A stretch of DNA of 64,000 bases from an uncultured Pseudomonadota bacterium (GCA_903834835.1 CAILKO010000043.1:103787-167786); one strand, 5' to 3'; positions 45,959-58,951 are shown, numbered from the stretch's first letter. The notes: generated by a model from the letters alone, not told the origin. Numbers and translations: made by a program.

Positions 45959-47077
45959 TCAGAGCAGAACGAGATTGTCCCTGTGGATCAGTTCCTGCTC
46001 GTCAACGTAGCCGAGTATCGACTCGATTTCGGTGGATGTTCGTCGCATGATCAGGCGGGTTTCGGCTGCCGAGTAGTTGATCAGTCCGCGCGCGATTTCG
46101 CGTCCCGACGCGTCTTCGCAGCTCACCACTTCGCCACGCTCGAATTCGCCGGTCACCCCGATGACGCCGATGGAAAGGAGGCTCTTTCCATCGCGCTGCA
46201 ATGCATGCGCGGCACCGGGGTCGAGGCGCAGACGACCGCCAATGCGGAGCTGGTCAGCAAGCCATTGTTTACGGGCGGCCAGCGGGACGTGCGTTGCGGT
46301 GAGCAGGGTGCCGATGTCCTCGCCTTGAGCAAGGCGGCCGAGGACATTGTCCTGTCGCCCGGATGCGATGACCGTGTGTGCGCCACTGCGGGCGGCGCGT
46401 TTTGCCGCAAGCACTTTGGTGAGCATCCCGCCGCGCGCAGTAGGACTGCCCGCGCCGCCGCACATCGCCTCCAGAACGGGGTCACCGGCGCTGCCGGTCG
46501 AGACCAGCCGGGCATTGCGGTCGTGGCGGGGGTCGGCACTGTACAGGCCTTCCTGATCAGTAAGGATCACGAGCGCGTCCGCTTCGAGAAGATTGGTGAC
46601 GAGCGCGGCGAGCGTGTCGTTATCTCCAAAGCGGATCTCCTCGGTCGCGACAGTGTCATTTTCGTTGATGACCGGTATGACGCCAAGATCGAGCAGCGTG
46701 CGCAGGGTGGAGCGTGCATTCAGGTAGCGTTCTCGGTTCCGCATGTCCGCATGAGTGAGCAGGATCTGGGCACTCGAGAGTCCGTGCTCGCGGAAACAGG
46801 ATTCATAGCACTGTGCAAGGCCCATCTGTCCGACAGCGGCCGCCGCCTGGAGTTGATGCAGCTCGTGCGGACGGCGCTTCCACCCAAGGCGCAGCATACC
46901 TTCCGCTACCGCTCCGCTGGAGACCAGAGCGACCCTGTTGCCGCGCTCGCGCATGCGGACAATCTGTGCGACCCAACGCGCGATTGCAGATATGTCCAGA
47001 CCGCGTCCTTCGTTCGTCACAAGGGACGAGCCGACTTTCACCACCCAGGACCGGCACGACGCCAGCGTGTGCGACAT
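45959..47077 (-). CDS. proB: Glutamate 5-kinase
   Basis: [28 protein letters not shown] domain. Confidence 0.96.
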   Translation of the reverse strand: MSHTLASCRSWVVKVGSSLVTNEGRGLDISAIARWVAQIVRMRERGNRVALVSSGAVAEGMLRLGWKRRPHELHQLQAAAAVGQMGLAQCYESCFREHGLSSAQILLTHADMRNRERYLNARSTLRTLLDLGVIPVINENDTVATEEIRFGDNDTLAALVTNLLEADALVILTDQEGLYSADPRHDRNARLVSTGSAGDPVLEAMCGGAGSPTARGGMLTKVLAAKRAARSGAHTVIASGRQDNVLGRLAQGEDIGTLLTATHVPLAARKQWLADQLRIGGRLRLDPGAAHALQRDGKSLLSIGVIGVTGEFERGEVVSCEDASGREIARGLINYSAAETRLIMRRTSTEIESILGYVDEQELIHRDNLVLL

Positions 47078-47088
47078 GTTGCCGGCCT

Positions 47089-48172
<1,084 letters not shown>

Positions 48173-48189
48173 GTCGCTTGTGTGTGATG

Positions 48190-48447
48190 CTACGCCGGAA
48201 CGATGCTCACCACTCGCTTGCTGTTCTCACCCTTGATCCCGTATAGCACGGTACCCGGCATACGCGCATACAGCGTATGGTCGCGGCCCATGCCGACATT
48301 GGGGCCGGGGTGCACGCGGGTGCCGCGCTGACGAATAAGAATCTGCCCTGCATTGACAGTCTCGCCGCCGAACACTTTCACCCCAAGGCGCTTTGACTCG
48401 GAATCGCGACCGTTTCTGGAACTTCCGCCTGCCTTCTTGTGTGCCAT
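48190..48447 (-). CDS. rpmA: 50S ribosomal protein L27
   Basis: [16 protein letters not shown]. Confidence 0.98.
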   Translation of the reverse strand: MAHKKAGGSSRNGRDSESKRLGVKVFGGETVNAGQILIRQRGTRVHPGPNVGMGRDHTLYARMPGTVLYGIKGENSKRVVSIVPA

Positions 48448-48464
48448 TTCCGTGCTCCCGCTGT

Positions 48465-48782
48465 TTAGCCCGCTGCCGAAATCTGCTCGATGCGGACTTC
48501 TGTGTAGTTCTGCCGATGTCCCTGGGACTTCATCGAGTGCTTGCGGCGACGCATTTTGAATATCTTGACCTTGTCATGGCGGCCGTGAGCAACTACGGTG
48601 GCCTTGACAGTCGCGCCGGCAACGAGCGGCGCGCCAACTTTCAGTTCCTCGCCCGTGCCGATGGCGAGCACCTGGTCGAAGGAAACTGCTGCTCCAACAT
48701 CAGCAGAAAGTGACTCTACGCGTAGCTGCTCACCGGCGCTCACGCGATACTGTTTTCCGCCGGACTTGATTACTGCATACAT
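48465..48782 (-). CDS. rplU: 50S ribosomal protein L21
   Basis: [14 protein letters not shown]...QGHRQ. Confidence 0.98.
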   Translation of the reverse strand: MYAVIKSGGKQYRVSAGEQLRVESLSADVGAAVSFDQVLAIGTGEELKVGAPLVAGATVKATVVAHGRHDKVKIFKMRRRKHSMKSQGHRQNYTEVRIEQISAAG

Positions 48783-48895
48783 GGTGGCTGCCAATTAACG
48801 TTGGTAAAGACTTGAGATTTTACGGAATTTCGGGCGGTCAGGTCAACCCGGTGTGTTATTCTCCTCAGGCGTCCTCCCGGGGGCGGCGTGGATCC

Positions 48896-49864
48896 ATGTC
48901 TATCGTTCCTGTTCTAGAACCCATATCCGACGATTTGCAGCTGGTTGAGCGCCTCTTGCGCGACTCGCTGCAGTCGGAGGTTGCCCTGGTTGCCCAGGTG
49001 GGAGAACATGTCGTGGCCGGGGGCGGGAAGCGGTTGCGCCCTGCCCTTGTCCTGCTGGCCTCGGCCCTCGGTTCTGAGCTGCCGGCTGCCCGCTTTCAGG
49101 TGGCCGCAGCAATCGAGCTCATACATACCGCTACGCTTCTCCATGATGACGTCGTGGACGAATCCCCGCTCCGGCGCGGGCGCACTACGGCGAACTCGGC
49201 CTTTGGAAACGCGGCAGCGGTGCTTGCGGGCGACTTTCTCTATTCGCGGGCGTTCCAAATGATGGTGTCGGCGGGAAACCCCGGCGTGATGGCGATCGTG
49301 TCAGACGCGACCAATACGATCGCGGAGGGAGAACTCCTTCAGTTGATGAACTGCGGTGATCCTGATCTTGACGAGGTGGCCTGTCTTGATGTGATCCGCA
49401 GGAAGACCGCGACCCTGTTCGAGGCCTCCGCAAGAGTAGGGAGTGTGCTCGCCTCGGCCGACGCCAACGTTCAGGATGCGCTCGGTGCGTATGGCATGCA
49501 CCTCGGGACCGCTTTTCAGTTGGTCGATGATCTGCTGGACTATTCGGGAGATCCGACCGAGTTCGGGAAAAGTCTCGGAGATGACCTCGCAGAAGGCAAG
49601 ACCACGCTACCCCTCATCTGGACGATTCAGAGCAGTACACCGGATCTTGCGGAGATGGTCCGCAGTGCGATTCGCGAAGGTGGGCGCGAGCGCTTCGCCG
49701 AAGTGCTGAACGCTGTCACGGCCTGCGGCGCGATTGACTATGTGCAATCGGTCGCTCGCCGTGAGGCTCGGACGGCTGCGGAGGCGATCGCGTCTCTGCC
49801 ATCATCGAGGGCGAAAGGAATATTGCTAGAATTAGCGGACTTTGCAGTTTCACGCTGTTTTTAG
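48896..49864 (+). CDS. ispB: Octaprenyl/polyprenyl diphosphate synthase
   Basis: GGKRLRP, LLHDDVVD, FQLVDDLLD. Confidence 0.95.
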   Translation: MSIVPVLEPISDDLQLVERLLRDSLQSEVALVAQVGEHVVAGGGKRLRPALVLLASALGSELPAARFQVAAAIELIHTATLLHDDVVDESPLRRGRTTANSAFGNAAAVLAGDFLYSRAFQMMVSAGNPGVMAIVSDATNTIAEGELLQLMNCGDPDLDEVACLDVIRRKTATLFEASARVGSVLASADANVQDALGAYGMHLGTAFQLVDDLLDYSGDPTEFGKSLGDDLAEGKTTLPLIWTIQSSTPDLAEMVRSAIREGGRERFAEVLNAVTACGAIDYVQSVARREARTAAEAIASLPSSRAKGILLELADFAVSRCF

Positions 49865-49958
49865 GGTCTCCATTCAGGTCTCCCCGAAATGGCGGGCATC
49901 CGGTCCAAGCTGATGCCAAGCGCACGCATGGTAAAGAAGCTGATTTGTTGTATCAATT

Positions 49959-50035
49959 CGGGGTGTAGCTCAGCCTGGTAGAGTACTGCGTTCGGGACGC
50001 AGGTGTCGGAGGTTCAAATCCTCTCACCCCGACCA
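49959..50035 (+). tRNA. tRNA-Pro(CGG)
   Basis: CGGGGTG acceptor, CTGCG-TTCGGGA-CGCAG anticodon arm, CCA end. Confidence 0.97.
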
Positions 50036-50108
50036 TCACCCAGACGGATGTGTCCTAGTCCGGCCTGGGTTGAATGAGGTCATGGACCACATTTTTGAAA
50101 GGTAGCCT

Positions 50109-50324
50109 TTGGCCAGGCTGCTTCTTCTCGCACTAGCACTGGTAGCGCTTGTTGTCCTGATAAAGCGCTCGCTGAACCGTCGATCTCGTGCCCCCGAAAA
50201 GGCGGGAAATCTGCTTGCATGCTCAGACTGTGGAGTGCTTGTTCCAAGTACTGAGCTTGTCGGAATCGACGGACGGACGCTTTGCGGAACCTGCCGTACT
50301 GGCGAGGCGGCACGCCGAAAATGA
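50109..50324 (+). CDS. PP0621-like small membrane protein with CxxC motifs
   Basis: N-terminal TM, CSDCGVLVP...CGTC; usual neighbour of pilS. Confidence 0.7.
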   Translation: MARLLLLALALVALVVLIKRSLNRRSRAPEKAGNLLACSDCGVLVPSTELVGIDGRTLCGTCRTGEAARRK

Positions 50325-51931
50325 GCGGTACCCGGTTACCGCGGCTCGGAGGGCATGGCATTTCGTCCGGAGGAGCGCCCGTGGAATCGCTCTGGATTTC
50401 GCTGCGCTACTTCAATCTATACAGGATTGCGGTTGCCGGCCTGTTCTTGGGCGTGGTACTGGTTTACGACGATGTAGTACACCTTGGCTCGCAGTCGATG
50501 AGCCTGTTCCGGGCTTGCGCCGTAACGTACCTGGTACTCGGCATCGTGTTCGATGCGGTCCTGCGCAACCTGCGAGACCGCTTCCAGGTGCAGCTTTCGT
50601 TCCACGTATTCACGGATGTTGCGGCACTTACTGTTCTGATGTACTCAAGCGGCGGGTTGCGCAGCGGCCTTGGCGTGATGCTGCTGATATCCCTGGTCGG
50701 AGCCGCCCTGATTGCACCGCGCAGGCTCAATTATCTATACGCTGCGCTCGCCGCGATCGCACTTCTGCTTGAGCAGGGCTACCAGGTGCTGTTGCACGAC
50801 GCACCTACCGAAAACTTTCTGCAGCCCGGTCTTCTCTCGATAGGTTGCTTTGCCGTTGCCAGTGTCACGGGCTGGCTCGCGCAGCGCGTCGCCGCGAACG
50901 AGAGCCTCGCTCGTCAGCGGGAGCGTGAACTGGAGACCCAGATGCGCGTCAATGAACTCGTGATCGAGGATATGCATGATGGGGTTCTGGTGGTTGACGG
51001 TGAAGGCAGGACCTTGCAGCACAATCCGCAGGCGAGGCGCCTGCTCGGAATCGATGTTGCGCGGGGGCAGGAACTCGAGAGGCTGATTCCTGGATTCGGC
51101 AGGCATTGGGAGGCATGGCGTGTCGGCGAGCGAGCTCCGATCCAGATAAGTGCAGACTTCGAAGTCCGTGGCCGTGACTTGAGGCTGCGATTGCTCGAGA
51201 CGGGAACAGAGGAGGACCTCAGCGTGTTGTTCATAGAGGACATGACGCGGTCCAGAGAGGAGGCACAGCAGCTCAAACTTGCCTCCCTCGGCCGACTTAC
51301 CGCGAACATCGCGCACGAGATCCGGAATCCGCTCTCGGCAATAAGCCATGCGTCCGAGTTGCTGGCCGAGACGAGGGGTGATCGCGATCGCGAACGACTA
51401 TGCCGTATTATTCACGACAACACGCTGCGACTGGAGCGGCTCGTCCATGATGTGCTTCAGCTGAACCGGCGCGACCGGCTTGCTGCAGAGCGGCTGCATC
51501 TGAATGCGTGGTTGCGCAGTTTCGTCGAAGAATTTGTGGCCAATGAGGGAATCCCGCCACAGCGCTTCGTACTTGAGGCGGTACGCGAGGTGCATGTCGA
51601 ATTCGACCGCGAACATCTGCGCCAGATCCTCTGGAATTTGTTGCGCAATGCGGTCCGGTATGCCCGGCAGGAGCCGCGCAGCGTGAGGATCGTCCTGGGA
51701 AGTTTTGCTGATCAAGTGGAGTTAAGCGTGATAGACAACGGGCCGGGCGTGCCGGCGGCCAACCAGGGACAGCTGTTCGAACCGTTTTTTACGACTGACA
51801 GCAAGGGAACCGGGCTGGGTCTTTACCTCGCGCGGGAGCTCTGTACGGCCAATCGCGCAGTGCTCGAATACGTAAACGATGGCGCGGGCGCCCATTTCAG
51901 GCTTCTGCTGCGCGCGTCGCCCGTCAAGTGA
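50321..51931 (+). CDS. pilS: Sensor histidine kinase PilS
   Basis: 6 TM segments, LGRLTANIAHEIRNPL, DNGPG, GTGLGL. Confidence 0.9.
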   Translation: MSGTRLPRLGGHGISSGGAPVESLWISLRYFNLYRIAVAGLFLGVVLVYDDVVHLGSQSMSLFRACAVTYLVLGIVFDAVLRNLRDRFQVQLSFHVFTDVAALTVLMYSSGGLRSGLGVMLLISLVGAALIAPRRLNYLYAALAAIALLLEQGYQVLLHDAPTENFLQPGLLSIGCFAVASVTGWLAQRVAANESLARQRERELETQMRVNELVIEDMHDGVLVVDGEGRTLQHNPQARRLLGIDVARGQELERLIPGFGRHWEAWRVGERAPIQISADFEVRGRDLRLRLLETGTEEDLSVLFIEDMTRSREEAQQLKLASLGRLTANIAHEIRNPLSAISHASELLAETRGDRDRERLCRIIHDNTLRLERLVHDVLQLNRRDRLAAERLHLNAWLRSFVEEFVANEGIPPQRFVLEAVREVHVEFDREHLRQILWNLLRNAVRYARQEPRSVRIVLGSFADQVELSVIDNGPGVPAANQGQLFEPFFTTDSKGTGLGLYLARELCTANRAVLEYVNDGAGAHFRLLLRASPVK

Positions 51932-53298
51932 GGCGTGCTACTCGCAGCAGTGCCCTGCCCATCCTGGTCGTCGACGACGAGCCGGACATCTGCGAACTGC
52001 TTGAACTCACATTACTCAAGATGGGGTTGGGGGTCGTCATCGCGGGGACGCTGAGCGAGGCACGGGAACTCCTGCGGAGAGACCGCTTCAGGCTCTGCCT
52101 TACCGACATGCGCCTGCCCGACGGCGAAGGGCTGGACCTCGTCCGATTCATTGCTTCGAACGGTGGCGATGTTCCCGTGGCGGTGATTACCGCCTACGGT
52201 AGTGCAGAGAATGCAGTCGCAGCCCTGAAGGCTGGAGCATTCGACTACGTATCCAAGCCCGTCGGTCTGGAGCAGTTGCGCACACTGGTCCGCGCCGCGC
52301 TGGCCCTACCCGAGACGGTGGATGGACCTTCAGGCGGAAGCCAGCTGCTGGGTGATTCCGAACCGTTGCGGCAAGTACGGGAGCGGATCGGCAAGCTGGC
52401 CCGCACCCAGGCGCCTGTCCACATTTCCGGGGAGTCGGGCAGCGGAAAGGAGCTTGCTGCACGACTGATACATGAGAATGGCGCGCGACGCGGGGGGCCG
52501 TTTGTTCCGGTCAACTGCGGTGCGATTCCAGATGCATTGGTCGAGAGCGAGTTCTTCGGCTACCGGAAAGGCGCATTCACTGGCGCGGCCGATGACCGGG
52601 ACGGTTTCTTCCAGGCTGCGAACGGCGGTACGCTGTTTCTGGACGAGATTGCGGAGCTTCCGCTCGGTATGCAGGTAAAGCTTCTTCGCGCAATACAGGA
52701 AAAGCGCGTCCGCATGGTCGGTGCGCCTGCCGAAAATCCCGTTGACGTCCGGATCATATCCGCGACGCACCGGAATCTTGCAGCGTTGGTTGCATCGGGA
52801 GCTTTTCGACAGGACCTGTTTTACCGGCTGAACGTCATTGACCTGCGCATGCCGTCCTTGCGCGAGTGCCGCGATGACGTTCCATTGATCGCAAGGAGCA
52901 TCCTGGCCCGGCTGTGTCCGGAGGGGGGTGTCCGACTGACTGATGCAGCAACGGGACGGTTGACGCAGCACGATTTCCCCGGGAATGTCCGGGAACTCGA
53001 GAACATACTTGAGAGAGCGGTCGCCCTGCGGTCCTCGAACGACATATCTGAAGCCGATCTGGACCTGAATCTTCCGCTTGAGGGGGTGGATCCGGCGGGC
53101 GATGACGAGCCGGGAGGTGCTTTGCCCGAATACCTGGATGGCATCGAGCGACGCGCCATCCAGGATGCGCTTGCGAAGACATCTTTCAACCGGACAGCCG
53201 CCGCGAAACTCCTGGGGATCACCTTCCGGCAGCTCAGGTATCGGATGCAGCGCCTCGGTGTTCGCGATCCTGATGCCGGCGGCGGCAGCCAGAGCTGA
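51928..53298 (+). CDS. pilR: Sigma54-dependent response regulator PilR
   Basis: Receiver domain, GESGSGKE, GAFTGA, Fis-type HTH TFRQLRYR. Confidence 0.92.
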   Translation: MRRATRSSALPILVVDDEPDICELLELTLLKMGLGVVIAGTLSEARELLRRDRFRLCLTDMRLPDGEGLDLVRFIASNGGDVPVAVITAYGSAENAVAALKAGAFDYVSKPVGLEQLRTLVRAALALPETVDGPSGGSQLLGDSEPLRQVRERIGKLARTQAPVHISGESGSGKELAARLIHENGARRGGPFVPVNCGAIPDALVESEFFGYRKGAFTGAADDRDGFFQAANGGTLFLDEIAELPLGMQVKLLRAIQEKRVRMVGAPAENPVDVRIISATHRNLAALVASGAFRQDLFYRLNVIDLRMPSLRECRDDVPLIARSILARLCPEGGVRLTDAATGRLTQHDFPGNVRELENILERAVALRSSNDISEADLDLNLPLEGVDPAGDDEPGGALPEYLDGIERRAIQDALAKTSFNRTAAAKLLGITFRQLRYRMQRLGVRDPDAGGGSQS

Positions 53299-53299
53299 A

Positions 53300-53845
53300 A
53301 TGCCACGGCTAGATGGCTGGATTCTGGGGGTCCGGCAGGTGCCGTCGCCGAATTGCGACAACCGGCCGGACGATGAAGAAGTCAGTCTGATTGTCATTCA
53401 CAGCATAAGCCTGCCGCCCGGGATCTTCCTCGGGGATGCCGTAGAGCGCCTTTTCACGAACCGCCTCGATTCTTCTGAACATCCGTACTACGCCACGCTT
53501 GAAGGTCTGAAGGTATCAGCGCATTTTTTTGTGCGCCGCACAGGCGAGGTGCTGCAGTTCGTGCCGCTGCACATGCGCGCCTGGCATGCAGGTGTGTCGT
53601 CCTGGCGCGGACGGACGCGCTGCAACGATTTCTCAATTGGAATCGAACTCGAAGGGACCGACGCCGGCGGCTATTCTGACCCGCAGTATGCAGAGCTCGC
53701 CGGGTTGATTTCGATTTTGCGAGATCGCCTTCCTATCAGAGGTGTCGCAGCCCATAGTGAGATCGCTCCCGGACGGAAATCAGATCCTGGCCCGGGCTTC
53801 GACTGGAAGCGGATACACGCCGTTTCGCCGGCTCGAGACATCTGA
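53300..53845 (+). CDS. ampD: 1,6-anhydro-N-acetylmuramyl-L-alanine amidase
   Basis: IHSISLPPG, VSAHF, RAWHAG, HSEIAPGRKSDPG. Confidence 0.95.
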   Translation: MPRLDGWILGVRQVPSPNCDNRPDDEEVSLIVIHSISLPPGIFLGDAVERLFTNRLDSSEHPYYATLEGLKVSAHFFVRRTGEVLQFVPLHMRAWHAGVSSWRGRTRCNDFSIGIELEGTDAGGYSDPQYAELAGLISILRDRLPIRGVAAHSEIAPGRKSDPGPGFDWKRIHAVSPARDI

Positions 53846-53960
53846 GTCGTCATTCGTCAAGGTCACCGCATTGAGCGTTCCGAATCAGGAATGCTCCGAG
53901 GATGTTCGCCTATCTTGTTGCGGGTGCTTGCATTTTCATTTTGCAGTGGTTAAAGTGCGT

Positions 53961-54007
53961 ACACAATTTTTGGTATTGATTTCCCATTTAGCTACAAGAT
54001 GTTGTGG
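53961..54007 (+). promoter_or_regulatory. Tandem NrdR boxes
   Basis: ACACAATTTTTGGTAT (53961) and CTACAAGATGTTGTGG (53992), 31 bp apart, upstream of nrdA. Confidence 0.8.
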
Positions 54008-54057
54008 TTCTTGAAACATCTTGGTGATGTGCATACGGGCAAACAGGCGGGGGACAG

Positions 54058-56904
54058 ATGCAGATCGCGCAGGAACGCAGAAATACAACCCAAGGCGCCC
54101 CTTCCGAAATGCCGGAAGAATCGAGCGCAGTTCAGGGGAGCTATACCGAGTTCAGGGTCATCCGCCGCAACGGGGCGGTTGTCTCGTTTGAGCCGGGCAA
54201 GATATCCATTGCAATGACGAAAGCCTTCCTGGCCGTGAGCGGCAGCCAGGCGGCGGCCTCGGCGCGTATCCGAGAGGTCGTGCAACAGTTGACGGATACA
54301 GTGTTCGGCGCGCTGGTTCGGCGCCAGCCGCAGGGCGGAACGTTCCATATTGAGGACATTCAGGACCAGGTGGAGCTTGCGTTGATGCGCTCCGGTGAAC
54401 ACGATGTCGCTCGCGCCTATGTGCTGTACCGGGAGGAAAGGTCGAAGGCGCGTGCGAGCGAGAAGGCAGTTCGGGAGCAGCAGGCTGAGCAGCATCAGAT
54501 TCACGTAATCCAGGACGGACAGAGACAACTTCTGGACCTAGCCTGGCTGACGGGGGAGATTGTGGCGTCGTGCGAGGGGCTTATGCCTTCAGTGTCGCCG
54601 GAGCTGATACTCAATGCGACGCTGCGTGACCTGTACGACGGTGTTCCGCTTGAAGAGGTCCGAAAATCCTCGGTAATGGCGGCCAGGGCCATGATCGAAA
54701 AGGATCCCGCCTACACGTACGTCACAGCCCGCCTCCTGCTGAACATTGTTCGTGCTGAGGTTCTTGGCACGGAGATAAGCCAGTCGCGCATGGCGGATAG
54801 GTATGCGACCTACTTTCCCGAGTTCATCGCGAGAGGGGTGGCAGCCGAACTGCTTGATCCTCGGCTCGCCACTTTTGATCTGGATCGTCTTGGCCGCGCT
54901 CTAAAGTTCGAGCGCGACCTGCAGTTTGACTATCTCGGCTTGCAAACGCTCTACGACCGCTACTTCCTGCACACAGAGGGGACGCGGATCGAGTTGCCGC
55001 AGGCATTTTTCATGCGCGTTGCGATGGGCATCGCGCTGAATGAACAGGACAGGGAGGCGCGTGCAATAGAGTTCTACAACGTGCTTTCCTCGTTCGATTT
55101 CATGAGTTCCACGCCGACGCTCTTCAATTCGGGAACCTTGCGCTCGCAGCTTTCGTCGTGCTACCTGACTACCGTGTCGGATGATCTCGACGGAATATAC
55201 GAGGCGATCAAGGAGAATGCTCTGCTGGCGAAGTACGCCGGTGGGCTGGGCAACGACTGGACACCCGTTCGAGCTCTGGGTTCGCATATCAAGGGCACAA
55301 ACGGAAAGTCCCAGGGGGTCGTGCCGTTTCTAAAGGTTGTCAACGACACGGCTGTCGCTGTGAATCAGGGTGGCAAGCGCAAGGGCGCGGTGTGTTCGTA
55401 TCTTGAAACCTGGCACCTCGACTTGGAGGAGTTTCTCGAACTTCGCAAGAATACCGGTGACGACCGGCGCCGGACTCACGACATGAACACGGCAAACTGG
55501 ATTCCCGATCTGTTCATGAAGCGAGTGATGGAAAACGCGGAATGGACCCTGTTCAGCCCGTCGGATGCTCCAGAACTGCACGACAGTTTCGGCAAGGCGT
55601 TCGAAGAGGCCTATCTCCGCTATGAGCAGAAGGTGGATAAGGGCGAACTCAAACTGTACAAGAAGGTTCCCGCGGTTCAGTTGTGGCGCAAGATGCTCTC
55701 CATGCTGTTTGAGACAGGTCATCCTTGGATCACGTTCAAGGATCCCTGCAATATTCGCAGCCCGCAGCAGCACGTCGGGGTGGTACACAGTTCGAACCTT
55801 TGCACCGAGATCACGCTCAATACGTCAGCCGACGAAATTGCAGTCTGCAATCTGGGTTCGGTGAACCTGCCGGCACATCTCGGAAAGAACGGCCTGGACT
55901 TCGAGAAGCTCAAGGTGACGATCCGGACTGCAATGCGCATGCTGGACAACGTTATCGATATCAACTACTACGCCGTCGACAAGGCGCGGAACTCGAATTT
56001 GCGCCATCGGCCGGTCGGCATGGGCATCATGGGTTTTCAGGACTGCCTGCACCAAATGCGGGTGCCCTATGCCTCGAATGCCGCTGTAGAGTTTGCGGAT
56101 CGATCGATGGAGATGGTGGCGTTCGCGGCGTACTGGGCATCGACCGAGCTCGCGGAGGAGCGTGGCAGCTATGCGTCCTTTGAGGGATCTCTCTGGGACA
56201 AGGGCATCCTCCCTCAGGACACGCTCGATTTGCTCGCTGCAGAGCGGGGCGGGTACGTCGAAGTAGATCGCACTTCAAGCAGAGATCTTGATTGGGATGC
56301 TCTGCGCGCCCGAATCAAGGCCCATGGCATGCGCAATTCGAACTGCCTCGCAATCGCGCCGACCGCGACAATCTCGAATATTGTCGGCGTGTCCGCCTGC
56401 ATCGAGCCGACCTACCAGAACCTGTACGTGAAATCGAATCTGTCGGGTGAGTTTACCGTCGTGAACGAGCATCTCGTCGAGGACCTCAAGCGGGAAGGCT
56501 TGTGGGACGAGGTAATGATTTCGGATCTGAAGTACTTTGACGGGAACCTTGCGAGAATCGACCGCATTCCGGCGTCCGTGCGCCAGCTCTATGCGACGGC
56601 GTTCGAGATAGAGCCTAGTTGGCTGGTAGAAGCTGCGGCGCGCAGGCAGAAATGGATTGATCAGGCCCAGTCACTGAACATCTATATGGCAGGTGTCTCC
56701 GGCAAGAAGCTCGACGATACATACAAACTCGCGTGGCTGCGCGGTCTCAAGACAACCTACTACCTGCGCTCGATGGGTGCAACCCACGCGGAGAAATCCA
56801 CATCGAGGGCCGGGCAGCTGAACGCGGTGTCAGCGACCGTCGAAGCGAACGACGAACCGAAGTTCTGCGCAATCGATGATCCGGACTGCGAGGCATGTCA
56901 GTGA
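54058..56904 (+). CDS. nrdA: Ribonucleoside-diphosphate reductase class Ia alpha subunit (N-terminal ATP cones)
   Basis: VIRRNG cone, [28 protein letters not shown]-terminal CEACQ. Confidence 0.97.
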   Translation: MQIAQERRNTTQGAPSEMPEESSAVQGSYTEFRVIRRNGAVVSFEPGKISIAMTKAFLAVSGSQAAASARIREVVQQLTDTVFGALVRRQPQGGTFHIEDIQDQVELALMRSGEHDVARAYVLYREERSKARASEKAVREQQAEQHQIHVIQDGQRQLLDLAWLTGEIVASCEGLMPSVSPELILNATLRDLYDGVPLEEVRKSSVMAARAMIEKDPAYTYVTARLLLNIVRAEVLGTEISQSRMADRYATYFPEFIARGVAAELLDPRLATFDLDRLGRALKFERDLQFDYLGLQTLYDRYFLHTEGTRIELPQAFFMRVAMGIALNEQDREARAIEFYNVLSSFDFMSSTPTLFNSGTLRSQLSSCYLTTVSDDLDGIYEAIKENALLAKYAGGLGNDWTPVRALGSHIKGTNGKSQGVVPFLKVVNDTAVAVNQGGKRKGAVCSYLETWHLDLEEFLELRKNTGDDRRRTHDMNTANWIPDLFMKRVMENAEWTLFSPSDAPELHDSFGKAFEEAYLRYEQKVDKGELKLYKKVPAVQLWRKMLSMLFETGHPWITFKDPCNIRSPQQHVGVVHSSNLCTEITLNTSADEIAVCNLGSVNLPAHLGKNGLDFEKLKVTIRTAMRMLDNVIDINYYAVDKARNSNLRHRPVGMGIMGFQDCLHQMRVPYASNAAVEFADRSMEMVAFAAYWASTELAEERGSYASFEGSLWDKGILPQDTLDLLAAERGGYVEVDRTSSRDLDWDALRARIKAHGMRNSNCLAIAPTATISNIVGVSACIEPTYQNLYVKSNLSGEFTVVNEHLVEDLKREGLWDEVMISDLKYFDGNLARIDRIPASVRQLYATAFEIEPSWLVEAAARRQKWIDQAQSLNIYMAGVSGKKLDDTYKLAWLRGLKTTYYLRSMGATHAEKSTSRAGQLNAVSATVEANDEPKFCAIDDPDCEACQ

Positions 56905-57001
56905 TCTGGCGCGTACTCAGGTTTCCGCGACTGAAAGAGTCGATCGCGATGGCCGGAATGTGTCGGCAACTCCGAAGCGCCAAAAAAGAACAACGGAGGG
57001 C

Positions 57002-58138
57002 ATGATGCTCAGCTTCGAAGAAGAGGGAAAATTCACACCGGCGGCTGGTGCCGCGGCGGCCGTGCTCGCTAGGGCACCGTCCGCGCCGCATGACAACGAT
57101 CGTACCGAAGCTGATGGATACCAGCGGGTCCGGATAGACGATAAGCGGATCATCAATTCCAAGGCTGACGTGAATCAGCTGGTTCCGTTCAAGTACAAAT
57201 GGGCCTGGGAAAAATATATTGCTGCCTGCGCCAATCACTGGATGCCGCAGGAAATCAACATGAGCCGGGACATCGCGCTCTGGAAGGATAGGAACGGACT
57301 TACTGAAGACGAACGGCGCGTCGTACGCAGAAATCTTGGATTCTTTGTGACGGCCGATTCACTTGCTGCCAATAATATTGTTCTCGGTACCTATCGGCAT
57401 ATCACAGCGCCGGAATGCCGTCAGTACCTTTTGCGACAGGCGTTCGAGGAAGCAATACATACACACGCCTATCAGTACATCGTGGAGAGCTTGGACCTCG
57501 ATGAAGGAGAAGTGTTCAACGCGTACCATGAGATACCGTCAATCCGTGAGAAGGACGAATTTCTCATCCCGTTCATACATACACTGACGGATCCGCACTT
57601 TGCGACGGGCACGCTGGAAAACGATCAGAAGCTGTTGCGCAGCCTAATCGTGTTCTCTTGCCTGATGGAGGGGCTTTTCTTCTACGTCGGATTCGCCCAG
57701 ATACTCGCTCTTGGCCGACAGAACAAGATGACGGGTGCGGCTGAACAGTACATGTACATCCTTCGCGATGAGTCCATGCACTGCAATTTCGGCATTGACC
57801 TTGTAAACCAGATCAAGCAAGAGAATCCGTCGCTATGGACCACGCAATTCAGGGAAGAAATCCAACATCTGTTCCGGAGGGCGGTCGAACTGGAATACCG
57901 TTATGCGGAAGACACCATGCCGCGGGGCGTGCTCGGCCTGAATGCGCCGATGTTCAAAGAGTATCTGCGTTACATCGCTAATCGGCGTTGCCAGCAGATC
58001 GGGTTGGATACGCTTTATCCCGGTGCAAACAATCCATTTCCTTGGATGAGCGAGATGATTGACCTCAAGAAGGAACGAAACTTCTTCGAAACCCGGGTGA
58101 TTGAGTATCAGACCGGCGGAGCTCTCAACTGGGAGTGA
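57002..58138 (+). CDS. nrdB: Ribonucleoside-diphosphate reductase beta subunit
   Basis: EEAIHTHAY (radical Tyr), [16 protein letters not shown]. Confidence 0.97.
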   Translation: MMLSFEEEGKFTPAAGAAAAVLARAPSAPHDNDRTEADGYQRVRIDDKRIINSKADVNQLVPFKYKWAWEKYIAACANHWMPQEINMSRDIALWKDRNGLTEDERRVVRRNLGFFVTADSLAANNIVLGTYRHITAPECRQYLLRQAFEEAIHTHAYQYIVESLDLDEGEVFNAYHEIPSIREKDEFLIPFIHTLTDPHFATGTLENDQKLLRSLIVFSCLMEGLFFYVGFAQILALGRQNKMTGAAEQYMYILRDESMHCNFGIDLVNQIKQENPSLWTTQFREEIQHLFRRAVELEYRYAEDTMPRGVLGLNAPMFKEYLRYIANRRCQQIGLDTLYPGANNPFPWMSEMIDLKKERNFFETRVIEYQTGGALNWE

Positions 58139-58194
58139 GGTCGCAAGGGGCTGGAACGTGGGTGGCCTGAGCACACTGTACGGGTAGACGGAAA

Positions 58195-58479
58195 ATGTCG
58201 AGAGTTGTCGAATGCAGGGCAGAGCAGGGTTATCGACTCTGGGTCAGATTCGAAGACGGAGTCGAAGGCAATGTGTATCTCGGCAATTTGCTGGAGATCA
58301 GTGCGTTCCGTCTCTGGCGGGAGGCCGACGAGTTTTTCAGGGTAAGTGTCGATACGGACATCGCCACGGTTACGTGGGAAGGGGGCATCCGGTTGGATCC
58401 GGATGTGCTTTATCAGGACATCGTGTCCAGGAGAGGCGAAGAGGTTGCTGGCGTCGCAGGTGCGAATGCGACGGTGTGA
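58195..58479 (+). CDS. DUF2442-domain protein
   Basis: YRLWVRFEDGVEG...TVTWEGGIRLDPDVLY. Confidence 0.8.
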   Translation: MSRVVECRAEQGYRLWVRFEDGVEGNVYLGNLLEISAFRLWREADEFFRVSVDTDIATVTWEGGIRLDPDVLYQDIVSRRGEEVAGVAGANATV

Positions 58480-58576
58480 AGGATTCGGCGTGGCTGGGAG
58501 AAATCCCGGTCAGGCCGGATAGTTCGGGCCATTTGGCACGGACTTTTCTTGTGTAACTTCCTTTTAGGAGAGAACC

Positions 58577-58951
58577 ATGGCAACGAAGAAAAAAGCGAAG
58601 AAGGCCGCAAAGAAGCCCGCTAAGAAGGCTGCAAAGAAAAAGGCTGCGAAAAAGCCCGCGAAAAAGAAGAAGAAAGCGGCTAAAAAGCCCGCCAAAAAGA
58701 AAAAAGCAGCCGGAAAGAAAAAGGCTGCGAAGAAGAAAGCTGCAGGTAAGAAGACGGCCGCGAAAGAGAAAAAGAAAAGCGCTAAGAAGAACAACAGTGC
58801 GGCCAAAAAACCTGCCAAAGCCAAGGCTAAGCCTGCGGTAAAGTCGAAGGTGGCTGCAGTTGCAGCCCCTTCGACCGCTGCGACCCCCAGCGCGCGAACC
58901 GCGCTGAATCCAGCTGCCGCTTGGCCCTTCCCAACCGGGTCTCGGCCGTAA
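58577..58951 (+). CDS. Histone H1-like Lys/Ala-rich DNA-binding protein
   Basis: AAKKPAKK repeats, C-terminal ALNPAAAWPFPTGSRP; AGGAG RBS. Confidence 0.88.
   Translation: MATKKKAKKAAKKPAKKAAKKKAAKKPAKKKKKAAKKPAKKKKAAGKKKAAKKKAAGKKTAAKEKKKSAKKNNSAAKKPAKAKAKPAVKSKVAAVAAPSTAATPSARTALNPAAAWPFPTGSRP

Noticed and set aside
58577..58951. A-rich periodic repeats as a CRISPR or DNA repeat array
   Set aside because: Explained by the Lys/Ala/Pro repeats of the H1-like protein.
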